From assembly GCA_964187785.1 (NCBI GenBank), contig OZ076413.1, positions 25,730,001-25,794,000 on the forward strand: 64,000 nt of DNA, written 5' to 3'. The notes beneath the pieces are model-generated. The model saw only the letters and a program-made list of their open reading frames with translations, ran no database searches and was not told the DNA's origin. A program made the position numbers and the translations under genes. Source of the DNA: Amphiscolops sp. MND2022 (Eukaryota). Positions 1-12,891 of the stretch are shown one piece after another (the stretch's first letter is position 1; each line of letters begins with the position of its first letter).

Positions 1-1467
1 GTCGGATTGCAAACGTCAAGTCTTACGTAACGATTTTCATAATCACTTAGATTTTTTCGATGACGCTGCCGATATCGAAGAGAGTTTTTCTCCAATCGAC
101 GAAATCCTCTTAGTTGTTGTGCAAGAACAATTAAATGTCAGAGGAAAGTGAGAGGACGTTACGTTTATCCTCAGTGTGTGTTCTCCAGGTGTATTAGTGT
201 ACAGTGACACAGACTTTTTGTTATTGAAAATCCTCAGTTTTCTCGAAACGCTCGTTGACTTAAAGAGGATCACTTTAGCAGAGCAGGGACGATTGCATCG
301 TGGTTTTCTGGAATTCCTCACAACTTATCGTGAATCTACAAGTACGGGGGAGTTATTCGTCGCAAGTTCAGAGGCCAACCCACTCATGGCTTGTGGTAAT
401 GGACCTGCGCTACGCTTACTACGTCATCTATTTTGTCTAAGCGGTAGTCCATTGTTCTCGTCTAATCCCTGATGTGTTGAAGTGGGTCTAGTGATGTTAC
501 AAGCAGTGTTTGCGCTACAGTCCTCAGCTATTTGAAAACGCATAACATCAGAAACTATGAAAGCGTGGGTGGGCCATCGTCAGAGGAAGTGATCGAAGCC
601 CCGGGTGCTGACCCGTTGAGTGAGTAGGCTGCTCCGCTCTTTCCAAACGACTGAATTCTTGAATTTCGTGCTCTATATAGGCTCCATACATCTATCGCGA
701 CAGGTCTTTCACTGTCAGTCGTTCTATTGATACGCAGTCTGAGCGCATTCAAACGATTCTGTCCTTGAATGGCGTTTGAGACATTAATGTCATGATTTTC
801 GGCCTCCTTACGTTCTATATGTATCTAGTGTTTCCTTCATTTAATTTCACACCTGAATGTCGAACATTCGTTCATTTGTCATTTTCTCTTTCCTAGGAAC
901 AACCTTAGTTGCATGTTTTCTCAGATTAGACTGCGACTTTTCGTAACTGTCTGTTTACTACTTTACAACTGTTCTCTGAATTGGAAATGATTTTGCTGTC
1001 ACAAGACCACTACAAAACTAACTGAGAATCACTGTATCATCGGATTAACTAAGTGGGAAGCACAGCTTCATCTGATATAGTTGTGAGCCCCTAGCAAACA
1101 GACACCACTTTTTGCAGAGAAGTGCTCGCTAGCATGATGACTTTGAATTTTGCTCAAATGATGCATCTTTCAGTCATCACGTACGAACCTGTTAGGGAGA
1201 GCTCTATCCTCAATTTTGTTCCTGCGCTCGCATTTTCGTCCTGTTTTTGTTGAACTTCCCGTAGAATAGTTCAATATTGGATGTTTTCGTCTTTTAAGCT
1301 GGTCGATTGCTCATTCCGTCTGAATTGACTAAATTGTTTTGTCCCGGGAGTTAAATTGCATGCATTTATATTAATGCCTGTCTGAACAACTTCATATGGT
1401 GTGTAATTGTCAATCAATTGACGTGACGTCATGCTAGAATAGTTCAATTCGTCCTACAGGTATTTTA

Positions 1468-1991
1468 TTTTTAGTGGGCGTTTTCGAAGAAAATCCCGAC
1501 TCTTACAGTGGCTAGTTTTTTTTCGTCAGTTCAACGCGTAACGTCCACTTTTTGTGCATTAATGTAACTTTGTGCATTATTTGTAACTTTTACCATATGT
1601 ACTTAGTACTTCATTTTCAACGCATCCAAAGCCTCTAACATGAGATAAAAAGCCATTCCAAAGCAGAAGGGTCCACTGAGACTTTCCTTTTTTTCGGCAC
1701 TGTGAGACTGATATTTTCCAGAAAATTTTTTTGTTCCTCAATTTGCTCCCAATTTTTGATATTTTGCAACAGAATGGATGTTCAAAAATCCCAAAGCTTC
1801 CCCCCTTTTACATTTTTTGGCACTATGCGACTTACCAGAAACTTCAAAAAAAGTTCCGAAAAAAAACTCGGACATTTTTTTCTCAATTTTTAGTTTTTTG
1901 AGAGCTTTTGTTGTCTCCAGTTGTAGAAAAAGTGGTTTTCGTCTTGTTGAGCCTTAGATATGGCGCCGACTTGGGCCGTTCCCGGCTTGTT
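1468..1991 (+). mobile_element. Helentron-like non-autonomous element (HINE/DINE-like), copy A
   Basis: T-rich start TTAGTGGGCG...CGACTCTTACAGTG, internal TTTTCGGCACT(G/A)TG repeats, end AGATATGGCGCCGACTT-GGGCCGTTCCCGGCTTGTT; the same termini recur at 25625-26180 and at 37877/56040. Confidence 0.55.
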
Positions 1992-2773
1992 CATTTTGTG
2001 TAACTGATGAAACGCAAGTTTTGTTATTCACGGTTAACCATCCAGTGAACTTTATAGAGCCGCACGATGTGACAACGATGAGTTTCCCTTTTCTAAATTC
2101 AATCGTCGGCCTACCGGTGGGAGTTTTCATCAATTTTTCATCGGACGTTTCAATTTGTTCCATTAGTGCAACTTTCGTTAAAATTACGTCAAAATTACAT
2201 TGTCATTTTTCTGTTTTTGTTTTGATGAGTTTTTGTCAATTTTTCATCGATCTTTGGCCTTGATTTCAAGTCGTTCCTTTCTCGTGTAGTTTTCATCAAT
2301 TGTCATCAGTTCTCTATCGTTAATACATCCATCGCTTGTTTTAGATTGTCGGAATTTGGCCGTTTTCATCGTGATTTAGGGGTTATACCTAGCGCAGTGC
2401 ACTTCGAGCTTGTGTGATCTCTTGTATTAGCTTGTATTAGAGAATCAGGTCAGGTTTTCGGTCTAGTATTCTCACGCAATCCGTAACTAATATGGTTTTT
2501 CTCGACCGTCTGGAATCCATCCTATTTTCATCATTAGGTGTTGCTTGCTCCTGTTGGTTCTCTTCATCACGTAGCTCGGTCCTAGGTTTTGAATCTATCC
2601 CATTTCCATCGTGAGAGGCTGTCAGAATCATTTCTTCTTGTAATACGAAATGAACGCTTTGTCGTCTTGGTTTTTCAATCTCAAATTCTTTTTCAGAGTT
2701 AGACGTTCTAGTCAGCGTCTTGGGGACCCTGTTTAGAGGCCTATCTCGTCTTAATTCTGTCTCGTCGAAGGGT

Positions 2774-5700
2774 TCATTTTCTACAATTCCTTGGTCTAGG
2801 GTTCATTCTGGTCTTGACCCGTGCCGTCAGCACGCGAATGTTCGAATCAATAATATCTGTTTTTTCAACTTTGTGGTTTTCTGAGTAAATTTGCTTAGAC
2901 AATTTGCTTATGTCATCGATTCTACAATCCGGTTTGAAAGGTCTCAGTCGCATTCTGTGGACACACTGAGTCTTGAGTGTCCCTACTTTCCGGATGATGT
3001 AGTTATTATCGGATAGTACTTCCAACACCTTGTACAGTCCTTTCCAGTGGAAAGTTTTAAACTCCTCCTTGCTTCTCTGAGAGTCGTACTTGGGATGCAG
3101 TAGGAACACAAAATCATTCATTCTCAATGATTGTGCTCGAGCTTTTCTATCATAGTATGCCTTGTGCTCATGATAAGCAGAGATGATGTTGTCTGGATTT
3201 TCGCGAAAAGTAAAGTTCATTGTGTGCAAAATCCAATCGGTTCGAGTTGTTTTTCGGGGTTTCTAAACTGTAAGTCGAGTGAATTGTACAGAACTTGCCC
3301 GTTGAAAATTTCTGTGGGAAAGCATTTCAGCGACTTATAGTACGTCAGGTTATGGATGTCTTAACAATTGCGGACAAGTATCTTCAGAAAACGTCAACAG
3401 CCGTTACAATGTGCGCCAAACCGTTCAAAACTGGGAGCGGACCTACTTTAACTATTTCGAACATTTTATCTGCTCAGTCGAGTCGCATTGTTCGTAGACT
3501 TTCTGTAACGGTAAACGTAATTGAGATTCTCTTACACTTTTCGATTTCATGCAGGTTTCACATTCATCTATCAGCTTTTGAACTTTGGATGCTAAGTTCG
3601 ACGACTAGTACCTTTGGCGAAGTTAATTTAACATTTTCTTTGAACCAGGGTGCCCCTGAACGTGGCTGTTATGGGGTGCTCTGACGATTTGCACTACACA
3701 GACTTCAGGAACAATCACTTGTTTTATGGAAGTCCAGCCCTGTATGATCAAAAAACTGTCTGTACAGGGCGCCGTTTACCACTTCGAACCGTTGACAATT
3801 TATGTATAACTTTTGAAAAACTGGTCTTGCATGTTAACCGGGTGTTGTAGAATTTAGCAACTGTTTAACATTTTAGTCATTCGTTGGATAACCCAGTTAT
3901 CGTTTTGTTTATCAGTTAGATCTACCCCCTCGACGGGGCTATCCTGATTGATTACCAGCTTTGATAATGACACTTTACGGATTAATTTGGTGAGTTGGTT
4001 CGGCTCATTCAAGTCTGAGAGGCGGTACCTCTGAAGTTGATCATTCATCTGGAATTCATCTGAAGTAGCTGTTCTCGCACCATTTGTGAAACTCATCGGT
4101 TTCCCATCGTCGTTTGCCACATCAGTGCTGTTGGCAAAATTCATCTGTTTTGCATCCGTTTAAGGTCGGTTTGTGAGTGTTTCATTTGGTGGAGAGTAGT
4201 CAGGCCCGTCTTCTCGGCTCTTTTGGAGACTTTGAAGCGATTTGGTTCTCGATTTTGTGAACTGGAACGGAGTCAGTTATTTTCAAATGAACACGATCTT
4301 CAAGTCTAATCTCAAGTCGAGACAAGTATTGCACTGCGGGATTTTCAACTCCTGGTGTACGTGAGCTAAAAGGAAATGAAACTGTAGAGTATGGTCACAT
4401 AATTTCTAAACTGAAAGTGGGATGTGCTTTGCCTGAAAAAATCGAGTTCAGTCCTTATTGTCGGTCATAACAATGATGGTTTATTCGCATCCCACAAAAT
4501 ATGGCCGAACTTATCAAATGCAAAGTGCATTGCTAAAAACTTCTTGGCACACATTGTTGGAGTCAGTTGATTTCCTGGAAACTTCTCGAATCCAAAGGCG
4601 ACAGGGCCGTATGTTTGTATTGCTGACAGGTCCGCACAATCAAAAAACACATAGCCGGTATCGTGTTCGCAGTCTTTGGGGGTTTCCGTTTAGCTGGATA
4701 ATTGGTGACTCGAGTTTCAATGGGAACAATTCCTGCACTGTAAATGGCTTTTCTTAAATACTCTTTTTCTTTTCGTCCGAATCCACATTTTCAAATGCCA
4801 AGTCTAATTCCACCTTTGTTGAATTGTTGGAAAACAAGTTCAAGAATTTCGATCAGTTCTTCTGGGGTGTGTACTGCGATCCCTGTGTCATCTACATTTT
4901 GGGCACACCGGTCCGCTTTGACCAAGCAGTCCAAGTACTCGCGGACTACACTTGTAAATGCAGACAGAGAAAGACTTAAACCTTGTGCTAGACAAAAAAA
5001 GCATTAGTTCTGGAACCACAGGTAAATGACAATAACAGAGTGCTCATCGGCAATGGGTATGCAGTGGTAGGCCTGGAAACAGTCTACCTTATAGAAAGTT
5101 TTTTTCCCAGCCATGTGTTGGGCAGCACCTGTTGTTGTAGTTATGTCATGATTATCTTCACCGTAATCATTCTTTTAACAGGTGAATAATTTTTCTCAAG
5201 TCAACTAAAATCCCCAGTTTACCATTGAGTTTTCTTTGAGCAAAAATGAGGAAAGAGAATTTGCTATGAGGTAAGGTAGATATGATCCCATATGAGATTA
5301 GGTTCAAGTGTTCCACTGGCATGGGGTGATGTTAGCGTTTGGTGTGGTGTTGGAATGCGGAAGTGTGCTAGGTTAGTATTGGCTTCTAGCGTGTATGTGT
5401 GGTTGTTCGGGTTGGCGACCTGAATTGCCGTCTTGCCTTCGTCAAGGTCAACCAGTGCCGGCGAAACAAGTAAACACGTCTTCAGCATGAATGATGGTGA
5501 ACCCTCAACCGTACCATTCGTAAGTGAGATGTCCGCGTCACTGTGGACCTGTATCATTGCTTGGTGGAGAGGAGGAGTATGACAGTTTTCCTGCTAGAAA
5601 ATAAACTGAATAAACCTGTTCTGAATTTATTGTTCTTCTGTTGACGAACTTGCATGATTATCACGTGATTGGGGAAATGGGCATTGTGGTTTTTTATGTC

Positions 5701-5990
5701 TAGGTTAAAAGAGTATTTCACAAAGAACGACATGCCGATTAGAATCGTTCCCAAAGTAGGTAAAGCTAACTCGAAAGGTTTCTTCAAAGACCTTTCTGTC
5801 AACATAGAATCTCAAAAAAAATCATTTTTGGACTGGAACTAGGTTCTCATTCGCGATTTGGATTTTAAAATTTAGGGTTTGGAAGTTATTGTGAGACAGC
5901 TTCTCGGTGAGCTGTTGCAATTTTATGCAATTCAGATTCTGAAAGTGGGCTTTAAATGGCACCAGTGTGGAGGAGTGCGTGGTTTTCGTA
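2774..5990 (-). pseudogene. pol: pol remnant of element 1 (PR-RT-RNase H-integrase)
   Basis: ORF fragments 2774-3229 (KAYYDRKA...WKGLYKV...VHRMRLRPF), 4465-4650 (YGPVAFG...KFLAMHFAF..FGHILW), 5264-5557 and 5554-5805 match the corresponding parts of element 2 pol. Confidence 0.85.
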
Positions 5991-6762
5991 GTTATGAAAA
6001 TGAAGAATAACGTAAACATTTTTTTTCTAGTTAAATGTAAAGTACGACTGAGGGCATGAATTTCAGTTTTGGTTGCATGTTTTTTTCACTTTTGAGGTTA
6101 CTACTAGGTTGTGTTACATGTTTTCAATACTAAGCCGTGTATCATTTGCAGTATCTGTAGCTGAGTCGGATTCGTCACTCAGATGATTGTTCTTCTCCTC
6201 TTTGGCTTCATCCACTTGCCTCTTGGTGTTGTTGTTTTGCCAGTCCATCGCTTTGTCATCGCATGGTTCAGCTAGTGAAAGAAATCTACCACCAGTGGGT
6301 GAGTTGATGTTTTTCATCGCTTCTTCATCTGCTTTCTGTCTTCGCTGATATAGATCGTCAGCTTGTGATCGTAGGTCCGCTGAAGGCTGCCATGTCTTCA
6401 TTGGACGTCTGCTTGAAATGTTGTGACTCAGGTCGAGCCGTTCGCGTGTTGTTGTTAGCAGGGGGAAATCGTGGTGTTTTTCAGACACTGCTGAAATTCT
6501 TCATCAGAGTTTTGCCCTTGTTCATCATCTTCTTGTACTGCGTCGATATGGTTGAGTGCTCATTGTTGTCGTCTGAGTTCTTGTCATCTCTTTTTGTTGT
6601 TTTGTTGGTCATTTGTTTCGTAAGAAATTTTTCTTTGGCGGAACTGCTTTCTTTGCTTAGGCGACGTGTGTAGTCTCAAGCAGAATGTCCCGTATAACTA
6701 CAAAGATGGCAGACCAGTTTCGGATTGTATTTTGGCTTCTCTGGGTCTGCAGGTTTTTTCAT

Positions 6763-7861
6763 TTAAAATCCGTCATTTTTATGAATTCGACTTGCTTCGT
6801 TTCTCTCTTTGGTACGCCATTCGATTTTCCTATGTCCTGTTTTCCCACAGTAGAAACACTGTCTCTCGAAGTTATCACGTTCAGTTTGTGTCAGTTGGGG
6901 AGTTGCTTTGGTAATTGACGCATTTGGAGTGGCCGTGTTAAAAAGATGGATTGTTGTTGGACTTGTGATCATCTGGTGATACTGAAAGTTTCTCATTAGA
7001 TAAGTTTTCAATTCTCCTGGGGTGAGTTCTTGCTGAATTTCGTCGGGTAATTTACCGAACGAGAACATTCTAATACATCTTTCTGCTTTGGTCCTGAATG
7101 CTTGTTTGACATTCTTCTTCAGGCTGTTGAGGAAATCGCTGAATGTTTCTGTAGTGGGGTCATAACTAGTTCGATTCCACTTGTATCGAGCCATTTCTTT
7201 CCTGTCCACTTTTGCAAATTCTTTTCGAAACAGTTCGAGGACATCTTTTAGCGTGGTCGATTAGGTTGGCTAATTAGAAATGATTGCCAGTATTCAATGG
7301 CTTCCTTTCTCAGGAGGCTCCGGAGGAAAGGTAACTGGTTCCTTTCAGTAACCGGTAATTTTATTGGCGAGGGGCTTAGGTGGTTGAGAAGAAGGTGTAC
7401 AATTGCCATGAAATTGACTTTTTGGCCTCTGAAGTTTGGTACTTGGGTTTTAGAAGTTTTGATTTGGAGGTTGTTGCTTTGATTCTCTAGGGTATCGTCT
7501 CGATTGCATTCAGTAGTCGTTCTTCGTTGCTTCGTGGTGATTCGTTTGTTTCATCATCAGTGCTGTATTCGTCGTAACTTCTGACAGTGAAGATGTAGTT
7601 GATTTGAGAACGTGTGTTTCGCGATCCTTCAACTCCTGTCACTATGTTAAGCCTCTGTTAGGGCTGTTTTGAAGAACCCTGAGAGCTCTCGTCTTGACTG
7701 TCGTTTTTAGAATTTTTCAATACAGCCATCATCAGGTCCTGCAGTTGACTAAATTCCAATTGAAAGGTTTTTTTGAGTTTTTTTCTCATAATTTCACCTA
7801 ATTGAGAGGAAAGAAAACTGTTTTCAATGGACTCGGCATCAGTAGAATTAATTTTGGTCAT
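6763..7861 (-). pseudogene. gag: gag remnant of element 1
   Basis: RYKWNRTSYDPTTETFSDFL resembles element 2 RCKWENLSFNPSQQTFPDFL; CCHC-like knuckle RQCFYCGKTGHRKIEW. Confidence 0.8.
7630..7644 (-). promoter_or_regulatory. tRNA-Leu-type primer-binding site of element 1, directly after a putative LTR end (...CTTAACA, 7645)
   Basis: Minus strand TAGTGACAGGAGTTG vs TGGTGTCAGGAGTGG, the complement of the 3' end of animal tRNA-Leu; translates in frame as N-I-V-T-G-V. Confidence 0.6.
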
Positions 7862-8096
7862 TGTGAAAACATTTGTTGAAAAATTTTCTGTGATTCATTC
7901 GAAAATATAGCCGTTTCTAAGTCTAGTTGCTTGTTCTAAACTCATACGATGAACAAAGACGGTTTTTACTGAAGACTGGATTAGGTGATGATTTAGTGAT
8001 GAATTCTGAAAATTCCAGGATTGCCTATTCTCTAATCTGAACTGGAGCTGCAATTTTCAAATAAACAAAGCAAATCAATATTTAACGATGGGAAGG

Positions 8097-10120
8097 TGTT
8101 GGAACTGACGTTCCTAGAGTTACTGTTACATTCAAGAATTTCAATTGGTTCGGGCTCGGTATCATGATGTAGAATTGAACCCGAGGGTTCTGTGGCAGAA
8201 TTTGAGAGGTCATCTACTTTCGAAGTCAGGTTTTCGATCAACCTCAGAATTTCCCTCTGGCCAAATTCTGCGTCTCTTAATCTCTTGGATAGTCGATTTT
8301 CGATTTTGTTTGAAATATCCGAGAAATCTTGCTCGGTTAAATTAGTATTTTCATCCGAGACCTGGCTCGTTATCTCAGCGTTTTCCAAGCTACTACTTTG
8401 GTCGCTCCTAAGTTTCCTCTTTTGAGATTTCTCAGGCATTGTCGAAAAGTTAAGATATTTGAACAGGTCAATTCGTCTGGTTAACGAGCGGGTGAACAAT
8501 TCGGGAGTTTCCGGAACAAAGTTGTTTGGATACACAGATGCAATTTCAAATCCAAAGAAAACGTTCACAAATAAATAAAAGAGTACAATCAATAATCAGG
8601 GAACTCAAAATTCAAAACTTGAAAATCACGAATCAAAGTCGAGCTCTTACGAAATCAAAGTAACAACATTGTGTCTTCCCTTTTCCCGCATCAGGTATAT
8701 ATACTTTACGCTAGACACGCGGGATAAATCCCGCGCGTGAATTCACACTTCGTTCAGCTCGGCGTCCTTCCGAGGCAAGAAAATCCAAATTAGGTACGTT
8801 TCCTCGGGACTCGGCCTTCGGTTTCATCTCACTTTAAAGGAAAAGTGGGAATCAACTTCCTGCCGAAGTCCCAATTCCGCGTACCTTTCTTCTTCATTTC
8901 CCGCCAATTCAAGACGCCGAACCGAAGTTAGCACTGAAATTCATGAATCTAGCTACTGACGCGGGAAAGGGAAATGAAATTTACATCGAAGAAATTGGAA
9001 CTCTAAATAAAATGAATTGCACTAAATTGGGAAGATCATGAGTATGAATTGGATTTCATGGAGTAATTCACTGATCAAAATTCTGGTCGAAAACCAGGGC
9101 GTTATGTCAAGTTGAATTTCCGGAACACTTGACCGGATATCGAACACCATGAATTAGCACCGGGGGGGGAGAAATAACACAACTTTAATGGCTTCAGTAA
9201 TTATTATATGCCATTCAATCAATGATTGATCAGAATAAATTGATAATTAACACTTATCACAACGTAATTAATTTTTTGCTCATTCTCAACTAAGCGGTTG
9301 CCCCGGCGGTCGTCCCGGGGTGGGGTATTATCAACACAGTACTATTTAAACAAAACACTGCACAACGAACGAAGTATTGCTTTGGTGGGAGGATCAGAAC
9401 AAATTAAATATATTAATTAAGTTACACTTATGATTAATGCACATTAATATTGGTTATATTTGGTTGGTTGTCCCGGTGGTTGTCCCATTTTTGGAAAGTA
9501 GAGATGGACGACCAGGCGGTTGACCTGAATATTAGAACGAATATTTTCATCGTTTAGGTCCTTCATTATTTCCATCGGTTATTTATCGGTGGTTTGAGCT
9601 TCTTTGAGTTCTGTGTTCATATTAGAATAGTACAACATGTTATATAGTAATATTATTGCTTCGGTTATTTCAAGCGTGCGACCAGGCGCGCGTCCCAGCA
9701 CTCGGTCGACTGGTAAGCTTCCTGGTATTGCTGTTCAGCTAGCGCGGTGTATTTGCGCTAATCGCTGATTGGTCCAATGAAATTAGAATGAAATTAGTCT
9801 GCTTTAGCTCCTTTGTTATTGTAGCGGTAAATTGCAGCGTGCTGGCCGAGTTAATTTCGGTCGTTATGCTGGTTGCTTTACTGTAAACAAATTACACTAA
9901 TGGCACTTTAATATTATTTAAGTATTTACATATTTATCTATTTTAGGTACTGCGCTGGGTTAATAATGTTTGTTGGATAGTTTAAATGAATTGTTTGTTA
10001 ATTGTTTCTTTCAGGGTCAGGGATGTTCTTATTCGGTCCTTTTCTGGGTGATTTCTCCATTCCCTTCCTTTGGCGTTATCCTAGTATTCAGTATTTCGCT
10101 GCTCCCTGAGGGCTGCGACA
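8097..10120 (-). repeat. 3' LTR of element 2 (~2.0 kb)
   Basis: Aligns end to end with 22588-24662, with scattered substitutions and two small indel regions. Confidence 0.95.
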
Positions 10121-10661
10121 GTCCCCTGTTTTGGTGAGGGACGTCCACTATGGGAGGTAATGGAGAAATTGGCCTGAAAGGCGACGATATTGGCGGATGA
10201 AATACAGATTGTACCATTGAGTCTTAGGATAGCCAGGACGAGTCAGTCGTCCAGTCGCTGCCCGAGAAATAGCCAATTGAGCTGGTATCAGATATTGGGC
10301 TCATTGTTCCATCGTTGGGACTGTATAACCAGCTATTCATGTTGTCGTAATTTCTCGGTGGGCTCATAAATATGTCATCTGGTATAATCGGGTTGACGTT
10401 GGTAAATCTTCTGATCGGGAGTGTGTCCTCTTGTGCTGTTGTTAATATTGAAGCTGGGGCTGTTTCGTGGTAAAGTACGATGTGTTCTCCCCCAGTATTT
10501 ATAATTTCGTAAACATCATGAATAATAGGTGATTGTTCCGCCAAATGGGGGTTATGTAGTGTCTTGGGGGTTGATTGCGCCGCGGGGTTATTCAAATAAA
10601 CGGCCTGGTCGCGTTCCAGAATAAAACTATCGCTTGATAAATTGAAACCAAAAGATGCCAT
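10017..10661 (-). pseudogene. Sense accessory ORF-X of element 2 (~214 codons ancestrally), overlapping PPT and U3; unknown function
   Basis: ORFs 10224-10661 and 10029-10217 are in the same frame, split by one TAA; the 5' LTR copy has CAA where the 3' copy has TAA (10029-10031), extending the frame to TGA at 10017-10019. Confidence 0.55.
10121..10133 (-). promoter_or_regulatory. Polypurine tract of element 2
   Basis: Minus strand CAAAACAGGGGAC immediately before the LTR start TGTCGC. Confidence 0.75.
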
Positions 10662-11552
10662 TGTATTACTGATGAAAGTAATCGGTTAAGATAATAAGGT
10701 TGCAGATTGCGGATGAATGCTGAGCGAACGTCTTAGGAATAGCTGAATAATTGAATGATATTATGTTCTTTGTAATTGTTCACGCCGCTTGCGTAGTTGG
10801 GAAAGTTTTCAGCTGGCAGACTGATTGACTTCCATTACGTCATACTAATAATAATGAATAGTAGTAATCTCGTTGGTTTTACGCCACGTCTTCGTTTAAA
10901 TTCCGTCGGTGTTATGGTATGGTACTTTTCAGATTTGCTTTGACTTAAAGAAGGACAGGAAGACAAAGAGGAATGGCTGAGTCGACCGATGAGGATGCTG
11001 CGCGCTTTATGCGCTCCCAAGAAATTGGGGTGTTGGAGAGTGAGTTCGAGTCACAGGGCAATGGGGGAGTGAACACTGAGAATGAGTTGACTTCTGTGGG
11101 AGGACACGACGTGGGTGAATATAGTTCCGGTGCTGATGACCGCTTGAGGATCGTAGAGGAGTCAGATGATGCTGAACGTGAGGCAGTACCTCATTCTCCA
11201 GGTGATTCTGCCGGGCGACCTGTGGCTGGTTTTGGCCAGGTTGATGAGAGCGAAAGCGAGCAAGATGATGTTGAAGAAGAAGGAAACGATGACGATTCAG
11301 ACCGTTCCACTGAGAGTGACAAGAGGCATTCTTTGGACTATCTGTGCGACCGACAGAGTAAGTCTCTTAGCTGTTTGTTAGTGGCCAGCTAACAGTTTTA
11401 TGCTAGTAATCAGACGCGTCATTCTTCTAATGGAATATGGGTTTGTGCAGGAGATAGTGATGATCTTCGCGATGTCGATTTTGTGCCTGGGGGTTCTGTC
11501 AGTGGTTCTGGTGGTCGCCGGAGTAAGCGACTACATTCTGCTGTCCCAGAGG

Positions 11553-11568
11553 TTATTATTATTATTAA

Positions 11569-11643
<75 letters not shown>
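11553..11643 (-). repeat. (TAA)n microsatellite, the 3' tail of the nested LINE
   Basis: About 30 ATT units directly after the end of the LINE ORF2 (11691). Confidence 0.9.
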
Positions 11644-12891
11644 CAAGAATTTACGCATAAGCGAAGGGATTTCTCCCAATATGACACAGTCTAGAGGTCA
11701 GAGATGGGGTTTCGAAGTCGACAAAAGTTACAAAGACAAATGAAAGTCCAGGTGCAGGTTGAACGGTCGTTGAAAAAGTTATTGAAATAAATCCACATGA
11801 GGTTCAGAATTCTTCCTTTTAGTCCTTCTGGTTTCCAGAAACACACTTTATTCCATATCAGATTCGCACGATGGCATGTACGATACCAGTATTTGGACCG
11901 TTGCAGCTCGTATCTAATACTTGGTAAGATGAAGGGACCCTCGCGACTGGAAGGATTGATTTCTACGAAGTCGGAGATATGACAATCAAAATTCCCGATC
12001 AGGGTACTGGATAAGGTAAGTAGATCTTTAAGGACTTGAAAGTAAGGAATTGGGAGAACGTTCAAGTAGCATAAGGCCTGTGAATACGACTTCTGGGATA
12101 CAATCCATTTCAACAATTTCTTATTGAAGTTCTCTAACAATCTCAAGTCAGATTTTGACGGGTTCCAGCATTCGCTGGCATAAAGAACAATAGGAAGAAT
12201 TGTTGACTTGTAGAGATCCAGTTTGTTGAGCATTGACAGGGTTCTCGACGTGTTTCTCCGGCAAAACTGATAAAAACCATGAGCTTTCTTGATTCTGTAT
12301 TCGATATGGTTCGTCCATGATAACTTTGCGTTAGTAATGAGTCCGAGATCTTTAACGTAGTCCGGGGACTTCATTGCTTCCTCTCCGATGGTGAGATTAA
12401 TTGGGCAGTTTCTAACGTTCAAGAAAAAAACATTTCTCTGCATTAAAGAACATTTTATTGAAGGAACACCAACTTTCTAATCTTTTTAGGTCCTCCTGGA
12501 GCCTGCCAGTGCTCACGTCTGGTTCATTGTGAAGAAGTTTCAAGTCGTCTGCATAAGAAAAACATATACTGAAAAAGACCGAATCAGGTAGGTCGTTCGC
12601 ATAAATAAGAAACAACAAGGGGCCTACAATGGATCCTTGTGGAACCCCTGAAGTAACAAGTTCCAAAACTGAGACCGATCTGTTCACCTTGACGCTCTGC
12701 ATTCGTCCGTCCAAGTAATTTTCTAGAAGTCCAAGAAACGCAGAAGATACACCCAACCGAGACACTTTCATGAGTAGGATCTCATGATCAATTTTATCGA
12801 AGGCTTTAGAGAAGTCAAAATAGCATAAACCAATGGTGGCTTCTGAGTCAGAATATGTCTTATACGCGAAGTCCAGCCATGTTAGTAACTG
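11553..12891 (-). mobile_element. 5'-truncated CR1/L2-like LINE (RT and C-terminus) inserted in the antisense ORF
   Basis: YFDFSKAFDKIDH, SGVPQGSIVGPLLFLIYANDLP, YADDLKL, KDLG, YKSTILPIVLYASECW; flanks CAGAGGTTA (11547) and CAGAGTTA (12892) form a near-TSD. Confidence 0.9.

Larger units (their letters stand above)
1999..8091 (-). mobile_element. Decayed Ty3/Gypsy LTR retrotransposon (element 1), same clade as element 2
   Basis: Fragmented gag (CFYCGKTGH knuckle at ~6830), protease remnant (ALLHTGA, ~5965), RT (AQHMAGKK..DC.QAYH..AQGL..NVDD, ~4870-5150), RNase H (4465-4650), integrase HHCC (~3550-3660) and C-terminus (2774-3229), in Gypsy PR-RT-RH-IN order; many stops and frameshifts. Confidence 0.9.

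Noticed and set aside
1-1450. Short ORFs and coding-like decayed sequence
   Set aside because: No motif I can assign in any frame; left unclassified.
11400-11743. Poly-Ile, poly-Leu 'membrane protein' ORFs
   Set aside because: Translation artefacts of the (ATT)n LINE tail.
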